The notes under the pieces are model-generated. The model made no database searches and had not been told where the DNA came from. It worked only from the letters and a program-made list of their open reading frames with translations. The translations under genes were made by a program, and so were the position numbers. Below are positions 1 to 8,347 of a DNA stretch of 44,902 nucleotides, piece after piece (position 1 is the stretch's first letter; each line of letters begins with the position of its first letter). Location: positions 1 to 44,902 of the forward strand of contig JBAXOJ010000001.1 in NCBI GenBank assembly GCA_037133315.1, in the 5' to 3' direction. This DNA is from Clostridia bacterium (GTDB taxonomy: Bacteria > Bacillota > Clostridia > JBAXOJ01).

Positions 1-62
1 ATAAACCGAACCGAGATATCCATTATATGGGATTTTGGAGCGGTTTATTCATTTTTTTTTTT
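1..62 (+). terminator. Probable intrinsic terminator of a + strand gene lying upstream of the window
   Basis: ATAAACCG (1-8) pairs with CGGTTTAT (41-48) around an imperfect inner stem. An 11-T run follows at 52-62. The stem is long and imperfect. Confidence 0.45.
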
Positions 63-72
63 CGATTTTCAT

Positions 73-190
73 CGAAATTGAGTTTTGTGGGGCAACGAAA
101 CTGTCGGAAGAAGCCAATTTTAGGCTTTTGTTCGCTTATTTGAGTGCGAATTTGAGTTATTGGAAACGAGTTATCTTATTTGAGTCGAAA
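73..190 (+). repeat. Cluster of short direct repeats upstream of the first gene
   Basis: CGAAATTGAGTT (73-84) and CGAATTTGAGTT (147-158) match at 11 of 12 positions. CTTATTTGAGTGCGAA (135-150) and CTTATTTGAGTCGAAA (175-190) match apart from one indel. The core TTGAGT occurs four times. Confidence 0.6.
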
Positions 191-291
191 AATTAATTTC
201 TTGCAGGGTATTCCCAAAATATGGATTGCATGTTATGATGGAATTACAAAATTTGGAAGCGACGCAGGTAGTTTTGAGGAGGAGTGTTAAA

Positions 292-1098
292 ATGCAAGAA
301 AAGAAGGTGCAGGACGATTATATTTTGACTTTGATGCGAAGGGAATTGGAATTTCAGCAAACAATGCTTGTGCTGATGCAAGAGGAGATGAATTTTATGC
401 CAGAAGGAAGTGTTTGCAAAAAAACAACGAAAGGGAAAGTTTACTATTATTACAGCATAAAAGATCGCAATGGCAGGCAACTGCAAAGAATCTTAAAGCC
501 CCACGAATCGGAGTTATTGAATCAATTAAAAAGAAAGCGTGGCATAAAGAAATGCATCAGCACTCTGAAAAATAACATTCCAGTGCTCAAGGAATTTATT
601 CGGGAATACCAGCCGATTTTGGCTTTGATTGAGGAGAACGAGATTTGGCTGATGCAGGAATTGATGGTCGATCAAGAAGAACTAATTGAACAATGGAAAA
701 AAGAGAGTTTCAGAAGTAACCCTCTTCATGAAAAGGATTTAATTCACGATACGCGTTTTGGTGTGCGTGTTCGTTCTAAGTCGGAGCTTGTCATTACGGG
801 GATGTTGGACGCGAATCAAATTCCATTTCGATACGAAGCGGAATTGATATTGGGAGACAAGAGATTCTATCCTGACTTTACCATTTTATGTCCTAGAAGC
901 GGAAAATTGATGTACTGGGAGCATTTTGGCATGATGCATGTGACCGAATATAGAGAAAAAGCCGAGAAGAAAGTGGAAAAATATATTGAAAATGGGCTGC
1001 TGCCGTTTGACAATTTCATTGCAACATACGACAAAGCGGATGGCTCAATTAATGCAAAGACGATTCAAAATGTGATTGACTTTATTCTGCTGAGTTAA
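292..1098 (+). CDS. Hypothetical protein with an N-terminal helical region and a C-terminal PD-(D/E)XK (Vsr/TnsA-like) nuclease-fold domain
   Basis: The ATG at 292 follows a strong RBS, GAGGAGGAG (277-285). The ORF track's start at 226 has no RBS. The C-terminal motif string is RSKSELVI..IPFRYE..(14 aa)..YPDFTI..(12 aa)..WEHFGMMH, which resembles the S-x-x-E / PD / E-x-x-G-x-x-H layout of Vsr/DUF559/TnsA-N type nucleases. The function is not established. Confidence 0.6.
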   Translation: MQEKKVQDDYILTLMRRELEFQQTMLVLMQEEMNFMPEGSVCKKTTKGKVYYYYSIKDRNGRQLQRILKPHESELLNQLKRKRGIKKCISTLKNNIPVLKEFIREYQPILALIEENEIWLMQELMVDQEELIEQWKKESFRSNPLHEKDLIHDTRFGVRVRSKSELVITGMLDANQIPFRYEAELILGDKRFYPDFTILCPRSGKLMYWEHFGMMHVTEYREKAEKKVEKYIENGLLPFDNFIATYDKADGSINAKTIQNVIDFILLS

Positions 1099-1135
1099 GA
1101 GATTGACGTTTTCGATTGTTTCAATTCAATTTTAT

Positions 1136-1164
1136 TTGACGGGATAGCATATTTATAGTATTAT
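1136..1164 (+). promoter_or_regulatory. Sigma-A-like promoter for rny
   Basis: TTGACG (1136-1141), a 17-nt spacer, then TATTAT (1159-1164). This gives a leader of about 120 nt before the GGAGGTGG RBS. Confidence 0.45.
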
Positions 1165-1290
1165 TAGAAAAGTTATATTGGTCTTGTATCCAGATGAATG
1201 CAGACTGTCCGGCTTGCATTGATGAAAAGATATAGGCAACAAAAATGATAACGGTACCTTGAAAATAAAATAATCGGAGGTGGAAAACGT

Positions 1291-2877
1291 ATGGATTTAT
1301 TATATGCACTGATTTTATGCGTTTTTACTTTGGCGATCGGGTTTGCAATTGCGTTTGTTTTGGGTAACAACAAGAGCAAAACCGCGTTTGAAAGAGGCGT
1401 GCAGCATAGAAAAGAAGTGGCTGAAGCTGAAATCGGAAGCGCTGAAGTGGAAAAGACAAAAATCATCGCAGATTCTCAGAAGGTTGGCGAAGCGAAGAAA
1501 CGTGAATTTCTTTTGGAAGCAAAGGAAGAGATTCATCGGAGCAGAGTGGAACTGGAAAGAGAACTCAAAGAAAGACGAAGCGAAATCCAGAAGAGCGAAA
1601 ATCGCCTAGTTCAAAAAGACGAAACGTTGGACCGGAAAATCGCGGGAATTGAACAAAAAGAAGCCGCGTTAGCAGAGCGGATTGCTGGAATTGTGGAAAA
1701 GGAAGAAACGATTTCGCAAATTCACAAGAAAAAGTTAGAAGAACTCGAGAAAATCTCAGGATTATCACGAGAGCAAGCCAAAGAACAGCTATTGCAAAAC
1801 ATTGAAACAGAAGTGACGCACGAAGCAGCAGTGATTATCAAAAACATTGAAGCAAGGACAAAAGAAGAAGCTGATAGTAAAGCAAGAGATATCGTGGTTG
1901 GTGCCATCCAAAGATGTGCGGTTGACCATGTATCAGAATCTACAGTATCTGTCGTAGCCTTACCAAATGACGAGATGAAGGGTCGCATTATCGGACGCGA
2001 AGGTAGAAATATCAGAGCGATTGAGACGTTGACCGGAATTGATTTAATCATTGATGATACGCCTGAAGCAGTAATCCTGTCAGGGTTTGATCCAATAAGA
2101 AGAGAGATTGCAAAGCTGACTGTAGAGAAACTCATTTTGGATGGAAGAATTCATCCAGCGAGAATCGAAGAAATGGTTGAAAAATCCAAGAAGGAAGTAG
2201 AACTTTCTGTGAAGACAGAGGGCGATCGTGTTGCTTTCGAAATGGGCATTTTGGGACTGAATCCTGAAATCATCAGATTGCTTGGTAGGCTCAAATATAG
2301 AACAAGTTATGGACAAAATGTTTTAAAACATTCTATAGAAGTTGCACACCTGACATCGCTGATGGCAGCAGAACTCGGACTTGATATTCAACTTGCAAAA
2401 CGTGCAGGGCTCCTTCATGACATTGGAAAGTCGGTTGACTTCGAAATGGAAGGCACCCACATTCAACTTGGAGCAGACATCGCGAAGAAATACAAAGAAA
2501 ATGAAATCGTCATCAACTCAATCATGTCACACCATGGCGAAGTGGAGCCGACATCCATCATTGCGGTACTGGTACAAGCAGCTGATACCATTTCGGCTTC
2601 AAGACCAGGAGCAAGAAGAGAGACAGTGGAATCTTACATCAAGCGCATTCAAAAGCTTGAAGAGATTGCAAATTCGTTTGAGGGCGTAGAGAAATCGTTT
2701 GCCATCCAAGCGGGTAGAGAAGTCAGAATTATCATTAAACCAGAGAACATTTCCGACGACCAGATGGTTCTCAAAGCGCGTGAAATTGCGAAGAAGATCG
2801 AAGAGGAGCTGGATTATCCCGGACAGATAAAAGTGCACCTAATTCGTGAAACGAGAACAATTGAATTCGCAAAGTAA
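1291..2877 (+). CDS. rny: Ribonuclease Y
   Basis: 528 aa. It has an N-terminal TM helix, a long E/K-rich coiled coil, a KH domain ([15 protein letters not shown]) and an HD domain (LLHDIGK..HH). ymdB follows it, as in Bacillus. Confidence 0.95.
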   Translation: MDLLYALILCVFTLAIGFAIAFVLGNNKSKTAFERGVQHRKEVAEAEIGSAEVEKTKIIADSQKVGEAKKREFLLEAKEEIHRSRVELERELKERRSEIQKSENRLVQKDETLDRKIAGIEQKEAALAERIAGIVEKEETISQIHKKKLEELEKISGLSREQAKEQLLQNIETEVTHEAAVIIKNIEARTKEEADSKARDIVVGAIQRCAVDHVSESTVSVVALPNDEMKGRIIGREGRNIRAIETLTGIDLIIDDTPEAVILSGFDPIRREIAKLTVEKLILDGRIHPARIEEMVEKSKKEVELSVKTEGDRVAFEMGILGLNPEIIRLLGRLKYRTSYGQNVLKHSIEVAHLTSLMAAELGLDIQLAKRAGLLHDIGKSVDFEMEGTHIQLGADIAKKYKENEIVINSIMSHHGEVEPTSIIAVLVQAADTISASRPGARRETVESYIKRIQKLEEIANSFEGVEKSFAIQAGREVRIIIKPENISDDQMVLKAREIAKKIEEELDYPGQIKVHLIRETRTIEFAK

Positions 2878-2896
2878 TCAAAAAATCCTATAAAAG

Positions 2897-2927
2897 ACAG
2901 TCTTGCAATTGCAGGGCTGTTTTTTTA
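2897..2927 (+). terminator. Intrinsic terminator after rny
   Basis: The stem is ACAGTCTTGC / GCAGGGCTGT with loop AATT, followed by TTTTTTTATT. Confidence 0.75.
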
Positions 2928-2937
2928 TTGCTATAAT
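2909..2937 (+). promoter_or_regulatory. Candidate promoter for ymdB embedded in the rny terminator
   Basis: TTGCAG (2909-2914), a 17-nt spacer, then TATAAT (2932-2937). The -35 box lies in the terminator hairpin. Confidence 0.4.
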
Positions 2938-2958
2938 GTCGGACAGGAGTTGAATCAC

Positions 2959-3747
2959 ATGATAAAAGTAATATTTGTAGGTGACATATACGGGAATCCA
3001 GGCAAAAAGGCGTTTGAAGCAACCTTTCCTCGTCTAAAGAACGCACTTTCTCCAGACTTTTGCGTCGCGAATCTGGAGAATGCTGCGGGCGGGCGCGGGA
3101 TTTCGTGGCCCGTACTGACGGAGCTCATGGAACACGGCGTAGACTTTGCGACCATGGGGAATCATGTGTGGGCAAATCAGTCGATTTTCAACTTCGTGGA
3201 GGAAGAAAAACGCATTGTCATTCCAGCAAACCTATACTCAGGTGTACCAGGGCAACGTTTTGGCATCCTTGAAAAGAATGGTAAGAAACTTGGGATCATC
3301 AACATCCTCGGAAATGTCTATATGCCAGGCTCGAGCTGTCCGTTTCGCGCAGCGGATGAGATGCTGGATGAGATTGCAAAAGAGACAAAATGCACCCTGA
3401 TTGACTTCCATGCGGAAGCGACCTCTGAGAAGGCCGCATTTGCCTGGTACGTGGACGGGAGAGCGTCTGCTGTAATCGGAACCCACACGCATGTGCAGAC
3501 CGCGGATGAGCGCATTTTGACGCGAGGCACGGGAATGATTACAGACGCAGGCATGACAGGCCCTGCGGATGGCGTGATTGGGACAGACAAAGATATCATT
3601 ATTAAGCGTTTTTTATATAACTATCCGATTCGCATGGAATGCGCACGTGGGCGAACACAATTCAACGGCGTCTATCTGGAACTCGATGAGGAAACGGGAA
3701 AATGCACAAAAATCGAACGATTACAAGAAATCGTGGATCATATTTAA
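2959..3747 (+). CDS. ymdB: YmdB-family metallophosphoesterase (2',3'-cyclic-nucleotide 2'-phosphodiesterase, TIGR00282-like)
   Basis: The N-terminus is MIKVIFVGDIYG. The protein contains the GNH and GTHTHV metallophosphoesterase motifs. AGGAG lies 9 nt upstream of the ATG at 2959. The gene is syntenic with rny. Confidence 0.9.
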   Translation: MIKVIFVGDIYGNPGKKAFEATFPRLKNALSPDFCVANLENAAGGRGISWPVLTELMEHGVDFATMGNHVWANQSIFNFVEEEKRIVIPANLYSGVPGQRFGILEKNGKKLGIINILGNVYMPGSSCPFRAADEMLDEIAKETKCTLIDFHAEATSEKAAFAWYVDGRASAVIGTHTHVQTADERILTRGTGMITDAGMTGPADGVIGTDKDIIIKRFLYNYPIRMECARGRTQFNGVYLELDEETGKCTKIERLQEIVDHI

Positions 3748-6700
3748 TTGACATCAAAATCTTTTGGGTCTTTTCTGCTATACGATTTTACTTTGACGCG
3801 TCGGCCTGGCCACCAGTTCATTTCACCAACTAATACGGCAATGGAAGGTACGACTAGACTCCGAATAATAAACGTATCAATAATTAATCCAATACAAGCG
3901 GCGAAGCCAATCTGCAACATTGGACGCAGCGGAGAACTTAACATGGCACCGAACGTGCCCGCCATGATGAGTCCGCAGGACGTGATGATGCCGCCAGTCG
4001 TTGCGAGGGCGCGCGTGATGCTCTGTTTCATTTGCCCTGGAACATATTCTTCTTTGACGCGCGACATGAGGAAGATATTGTAGTCGACGCCGAGTGCCAC
4101 AAGGACGCAGAAGGAGAAGAACTGAACAGACCAATGCAAGCCGTCCTGTCCAAGAATGACGCAGAAGACCAGATAAGTAATGCCAAGCGTAGAAATATAG
4201 CTAAGGATAATTGTGAACAACAGATAAATCGGTGCGATGAGGCTTCGCAAAAGAATCGCTAATACGAGGAAGATGCCCAGCAACACGAACACAATGACAA
4301 CAAACATATCTCTAGAAATAAAGTCGCGAATTTCATCGTAAGCGGCGGTGACACCAGAAACGGCAAACTCGGATTTTGATAGAGGAGTCCCCTTTAAAGT
4401 GAAGGCAATGGTTTGTTCGATTTTTTTAATCGAGTCGAGTGCTTTTGTAGAGTATGGCGTCACGTCTAAAACAACATCTAATGTGGTTCCGTCGCCTTTT
4501 GGTGAAATATAATTTTCAAGTGCCTTTTTAAACTCCGGATATTTTTGAAAAACATCTTTTGGCAGGTAGAATGCATCTCCAAGACCATCGGTTGATCCAT
4601 ACTTGCTGGTTTCATCAATGATTTTCTGTAGTCCGCTACTCATCGAGTTGACCCCCTTGTTGAGTGGCTGAATCGCATCCGCGATTTTGCCAAGTCCGTT
4701 TGCTGCCACAGAGAAATTGTCTCCGATGAGTTTGACACCATTTTTCATTTTCATGATTCCGGAAGTTACATCGTTGAGGCCATCCCCAGTTTGAGAAAGG
4801 CCAGATTGGGCGGAGGAAAGCCCATCGCTGATTTGTTTGAGTCCGGTTGCGGTTTGTTTGATTCCAGAAGAAATTTTTGCTAGACCAGTTTGCAATGGTG
4901 CAAAGTTTTGTGTAATCCCTTTGAGCGTCTGGTAAGCTGCTTGGAAATCAGGGTTCGTTTGCAGTGCGGGTTGTGCAACCAAGAGTTTGTCAAGGGACGA
5001 AACCGCACTTTTGATGGCGGTTAATATTTGGTCGTATCCAGCTTTGGTTTGTGCAGTAGAGGCGGATAATTCTTTTAGGCTAGCTGTGATTGTTTTGATG
5101 CCTGCAATCGAAGAGAGTGAGCCCTTATCAATTTTTGAAAGCGCATCGGCACTTAGGGTTGTTCCAAGGCCAAGGTCGTTTAGTCCCTTGTAGATCTCAC
5201 CTGTCAAAGAGTTCGCGCCAGTGTGGATACCCGATTCGATTTTTTCAATGTTTTTTTTGATTTTTGTTAACCCTTTGCTGATTGGAGCAAAGCCATCATC
5301 CACTTTTTTTATTCCGTTTGACAGAAGGGATATTTGTTCTCCTAAAGAAGTCTCGGTGATTTTTTCGCCAAGTGGACGGGACGCAGAACGGACGGTATTC
5401 ACATAATCGACTTTTAAAAGATTGTCGGCGAGGGTATCGATGATTTTAAGGTTTGCCGTATTCCACATGTTTTGAGTTGTCTTTATCGTGATTCTCACCG
5501 GCATGAGTTCACCTTCTGAAAAGTGTTTGCTCATAATTGTAAACCCTTTTATCGAGGAACTTGCCGCAGGCAAATCTTTCATTGCATCGAAAGAGGTTCG
5601 AATTCCAAGGGAAGACAGGATAAAGGGGAGGAAGCAGATGAGGGAAATGACGATGAATCGAATCGGGCGTGCTGTCACAAAAGCCGCGAGTTTTGACCAG
5701 AAACCACCATGCAATTCGTCTTTGTGTGTCGAGAAATCTTTCATCGGCCAGAAGATGAATTTGCCAAGCACTGCAATCAAAGCAGGAATTAGCGTGACGA
5801 CGGCCAAGATGGTGATTGCTACACCGATTGCCACACTCGGTCCAGTCGTATTGAATAACCCAAATTGGGCAAAAATCATGAATAGGAAGCCAATGATGAC
5901 GGTGCCACCACTTGAAATAATCGCTTCGCTCGTGCTTGGCATCGAATTCAATAGAGCCTGACTTTTGGTGACTCCATGCGAAAGTTCCTCCTTAAAACGA
6001 GAAATAATCAGCATGCAATAATCCGTGCCCGCACCAAAGAGCACGGCAATGAGAAAGGTCTCAGTGAACGTCGAGACTTTAAATCCAACCATTGTCAGGT
6101 ATCCAATGATGCCTCGTGATATTAACAAACTGACCCCAATGGTAAAGAGAGGTAGGAATGGAGCGACAGGGGTGCGGTAAATGAGTAGTAGAATTAGAAG
6201 CAATAAAATAATCGTGATTTTCGTCACCAAATCCATGCTGTCTTTTGTCGTCTTATGCTGTTCTGCAGCAATGGCAGCATCGCCAGTGACCTGAATCTGA
6301 ATCGAATCTGGGGTTGTAAAAGATGTGCCGTTCTTCAATTGATGAGTTTTTGAAGCGATGTCCTTTTTCACATCTTCTAAGGCAACCGTGCCAATTTCAG
6401 AAAACGCAGGTGCATTGACGCGAAGTGTAATCAGAGAAACCAATTTGTCTTTACTTGTGAGTTCCTCTTTCAATGCATCATTTGTAAAGGGAGAAAGTAC
6501 TTCTGAAATGCGATAAGCAGTCTTCTTTTCTTTGAAATATCGATCTAAATTATTGATAAACTGATTGTCTCGTGCGGTGAATTTCTTATCTTTGCTGATG
6601 ACCAATACAAAGGAGGTGAATTTTTCATTGTCAGGATAAATCGATTTGATGAGCGCAGAGGCACGCATTGTTTTCGAATCAGCTGGAAGGAAACTGCTGT

Positions 6701-6833
6701 TATCCGTCTTCAAGATTTCTGACAGGCTAGGCGCAAATAAGAAAAGGACAAGCGCGGCTGTGACCCATAGTGCAATCACAATCCATTTAAAGCGAATCAC
6801 AAAATTGGTAATGGCATGAATCATTAGTTTCAT
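3744..6833 (-). CDS. MMPL-family (RND superfamily) membrane transporter with a large extracytoplasmic domain carrying YhgE/Pip-type L-x-x-G heptad repeats
   Basis: 1029 aa with two 5-6 TM bundles, at roughly residues 200-390 and 850-1010. The central region carries many repeats of the type GLxxIxxG and SGLxQ. The N-terminus is a typical MMPL signal anchor. Confidence 0.85.
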   Translation of the reverse strand: MKLMIHAITNFVIRFKWIVIALWVTAALVLFLFAPSLSEILKTDNSSFLPADSKTMRASALIKSIYPDNEKFTSFVLVISKDKKFTARDNQFINNLDRYFKEKKTAYRISEVLSPFTNDALKEELTSKDKLVSLITLRVNAPAFSEIGTVALEDVKKDIASKTHQLKNGTSFTTPDSIQIQVTGDAAIAAEQHKTTKDSMDLVTKITIILLLLILLLIYRTPVAPFLPLFTIGVSLLISRGIIGYLTMVGFKVSTFTETFLIAVLFGAGTDYCMLIISRFKEELSHGVTKSQALLNSMPSTSEAIISSGGTVIIGFLFMIFAQFGLFNTTGPSVAIGVAITILAVVTLIPALIAVLGKFIFWPMKDFSTHKDELHGGFWSKLAAFVTARPIRFIVISLICFLPFILSSLGIRTSFDAMKDLPAASSSIKGFTIMSKHFSEGELMPVRITIKTTQNMWNTANLKIIDTLADNLLKVDYVNTVRSASRPLGEKITETSLGEQISLLSNGIKKVDDGFAPISKGLTKIKKNIEKIESGIHTGANSLTGEIYKGLNDLGLGTTLSADALSKIDKGSLSSIAGIKTITASLKELSASTAQTKAGYDQILTAIKSAVSSLDKLLVAQPALQTNPDFQAAYQTLKGITQNFAPLQTGLAKISSGIKQTATGLKQISDGLSSAQSGLSQTGDGLNDVTSGIMKMKNGVKLIGDNFSVAANGLGKIADAIQPLNKGVNSMSSGLQKIIDETSKYGSTDGLGDAFYLPKDVFQKYPEFKKALENYISPKGDGTTLDVVLDVTPYSTKALDSIKKIEQTIAFTLKGTPLSKSEFAVSGVTAAYDEIRDFISRDMFVVIVFVLLGIFLVLAILLRSLIAPIYLLFTIILSYISTLGITYLVFCVILGQDGLHWSVQFFSFCVLVALGVDYNIFLMSRVKEEYVPGQMKQSITRALATTGGIITSCGLIMAGTFGAMLSSPLRPMLQIGFAACIGLIIDTFIIRSLVVPSIAVLVGEMNWWPGRRVKVKSYSRKDPKDFDVN

Positions 6834-6836
6834 GTG

Positions 6837-8186
6837 TTATCGTGTGCCTTTCTTTAAGAACGCTTGATACCAGGGACGCACAGGAGAAGGAATCACGCGA
6901 TCATCTATGATATCGGACAAACCTCTAATTTTTAAAACATACCCATCCACATTTCTTCTTTGCATCAAAATACTTTTCTTATGAAAGAGAAGATAGGCAT
7001 TGTTCCACTGAACGCCACAAAACATCCTAAACCCGTGGTGCTGTAAATCTTTAAACTTAGGGTCATGACGGTCAATCAATTCACCAAACGGAAAGATGTA
7101 GATGTCCGTCTTGCCGACGACTGCTCCTACTTCTTTTTCCCATGAATCGGCATCGTGTTTCATTTGTTGCAGTGACCTTCTTGAGGGACTGTTGTGCCCA
7201 TAACTATGACTGGCAAAAAGCCAACCAGAAGCTTTTAATAGGGCCACAACAGCTCTGGCTTCCTTTAGTTGCGCTGGATAACTTTTCGATTTTGTGTTTT
7301 CTGTGGCAAAGCCCAATGCACCCTCATAGCCTTCTAGCGCAATAATCCCTTTGGCACCACCGTAAGAGAAGTCCGGGTGTTCGTTGACAAAGGTCTCCAT
7401 AATGGGCGTGACTTCCTTGTCTGCAGAGTAGATTTTCTTTCCGTTTGCATCTCTGACATATGAGAGGACTTTTCCATTCACGATGCCGAGTCCTTGTGCG
7501 CAGCCATTTTGTTTCATATATGTGAGAAAGTTATAATCGTCAATAGATAGTACGAGTGGCTTTTTGCCTTTCGGAATGATCAGTGTCTTTCGAAACACAT
7601 CACCATTCTTTTTGGTGCCATAAATCGAATGAATATCAATCAAAACGTAATTCGCTTTGTAGAATTGTTCTAGCGTTCGACTAAACTCATCGATTGTAAC
7701 CATATATTCGTCAAACCCTTTTTTCATGCTTTTTTGCACTTTTTCATAAGTCATGAGAGGGTGAAAGAAGATATGCTCGATGGGACCGTTATAAACCACT
7801 GGCTTTGAAAACGCAATGCAAGTATTATTTAATTTGATTAATGTCTCATCCGCTGGGAATTCTGGTAGGAGGGGAAGAAGTTCTTTTGCAGATTGTGCAT
7901 ACTTTTTGGACTTAATCAAAGAATCCACACGCGTCATGACCTTGGTACGCCAAGTCTGCAAGAGGTTTGCTTTATATGTGGCAACATCGGGTAAAGCATC
8001 TGCAGGAATCTCATTGAGTACGGTGATTGCCTCGTGAAATTTTCCTAGCCGCGCCGAATCTTTTGCTAAATCGAATTTTGTCTGGTTCAGATTTACGGGT
8101 GTGAAAAATTGTTCGATACTGCGAAATTGCGTGAAACCAAACCCCAAAATACTTAATACTACTACAAGAAAAATGATTCTTTTCAT
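6837..8186 (-). CDS. Secreted or membrane-anchored polysaccharide deacetylase-like (NodB-fold) protein
   Basis: I chose the start at 8186 (MKRIIFLVVVLSILGFGF, a signal or anchor sequence). The 47 upstream codons in the ORF track have no RBS. Motifs LVLSIDDYN and SHSYGHN resemble NodB motifs 1 and 2. The stop lies 3 nt before the MMPL start, so the two genes form an operon. Confidence 0.65.
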   Translation of the reverse strand: MKRIIFLVVVLSILGFGFTQFRSIEQFFTPVNLNQTKFDLAKDSARLGKFHEAITVLNEIPADALPDVATYKANLLQTWRTKVMTRVDSLIKSKKYAQSAKELLPLLPEFPADETLIKLNNTCIAFSKPVVYNGPIEHIFFHPLMTYEKVQKSMKKGFDEYMVTIDEFSRTLEQFYKANYVLIDIHSIYGTKKNGDVFRKTLIIPKGKKPLVLSIDDYNFLTYMKQNGCAQGLGIVNGKVLSYVRDANGKKIYSADKEVTPIMETFVNEHPDFSYGGAKGIIALEGYEGALGFATENTKSKSYPAQLKEARAVVALLKASGWLFASHSYGHNSPSRRSLQQMKHDADSWEKEVGAVVGKTDIYIFPFGELIDRHDPKFKDLQHHGFRMFCGVQWNNAYLLFHKKSILMQRRNVDGYVLKIRGLSDIIDDRVIPSPVRPWYQAFLKKGTR

Positions 8187-8288
8187 CTCGGTCAACACCT
8201 TGTAAAAAATTGAGTTAAACTCTATTAACAATATATCACAAATGTGAAGTAAATACGCAATATATTCATTGAATTTCAACAAAATTTC

Positions 8289-8317
8289 TTGTAAAGACAG
8301 GATAGATATGTTATAAA
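8289..8317 (+). promoter_or_regulatory. Candidate promoter for argS
   Basis: TTGTAA (8289-8294), a 17-nt spacer, then TATAAA (8312-8317). The AAAGGGGAAG RBS precedes the ATG at 8348. Confidence 0.4.
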
Positions 8318-8347
8318 AAGTGTACACGATAAAGGGGAAGATAAATC

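Noticed and set aside
226-291. The longer N-terminus of the first ORF as given in the ORF track
   Set aside because: The strong RBS GAGGAGGAG sits immediately before the internal ATG at 292, and nothing comparable precedes 226.
4600-5350. Possible DNA tandem repeat or CRISPR-like periodicity inside the MMPL gene
   Set aside because: The periodicity is at the protein level (degenerate L-x-x-G heptads). The nucleotide units are not conserved and there are no spacer/repeat units.
8187-8347. T-box leader upstream of argS (and of alaS at 29841-29849)
   Set aside because: Only about 160 nt are available upstream of argS, and they are shared with a divergent promoter. There is no specifier stem, AGAGA/GNUGGNA box or T-box sequence. 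alaS has only a 9-nt gap upstream.
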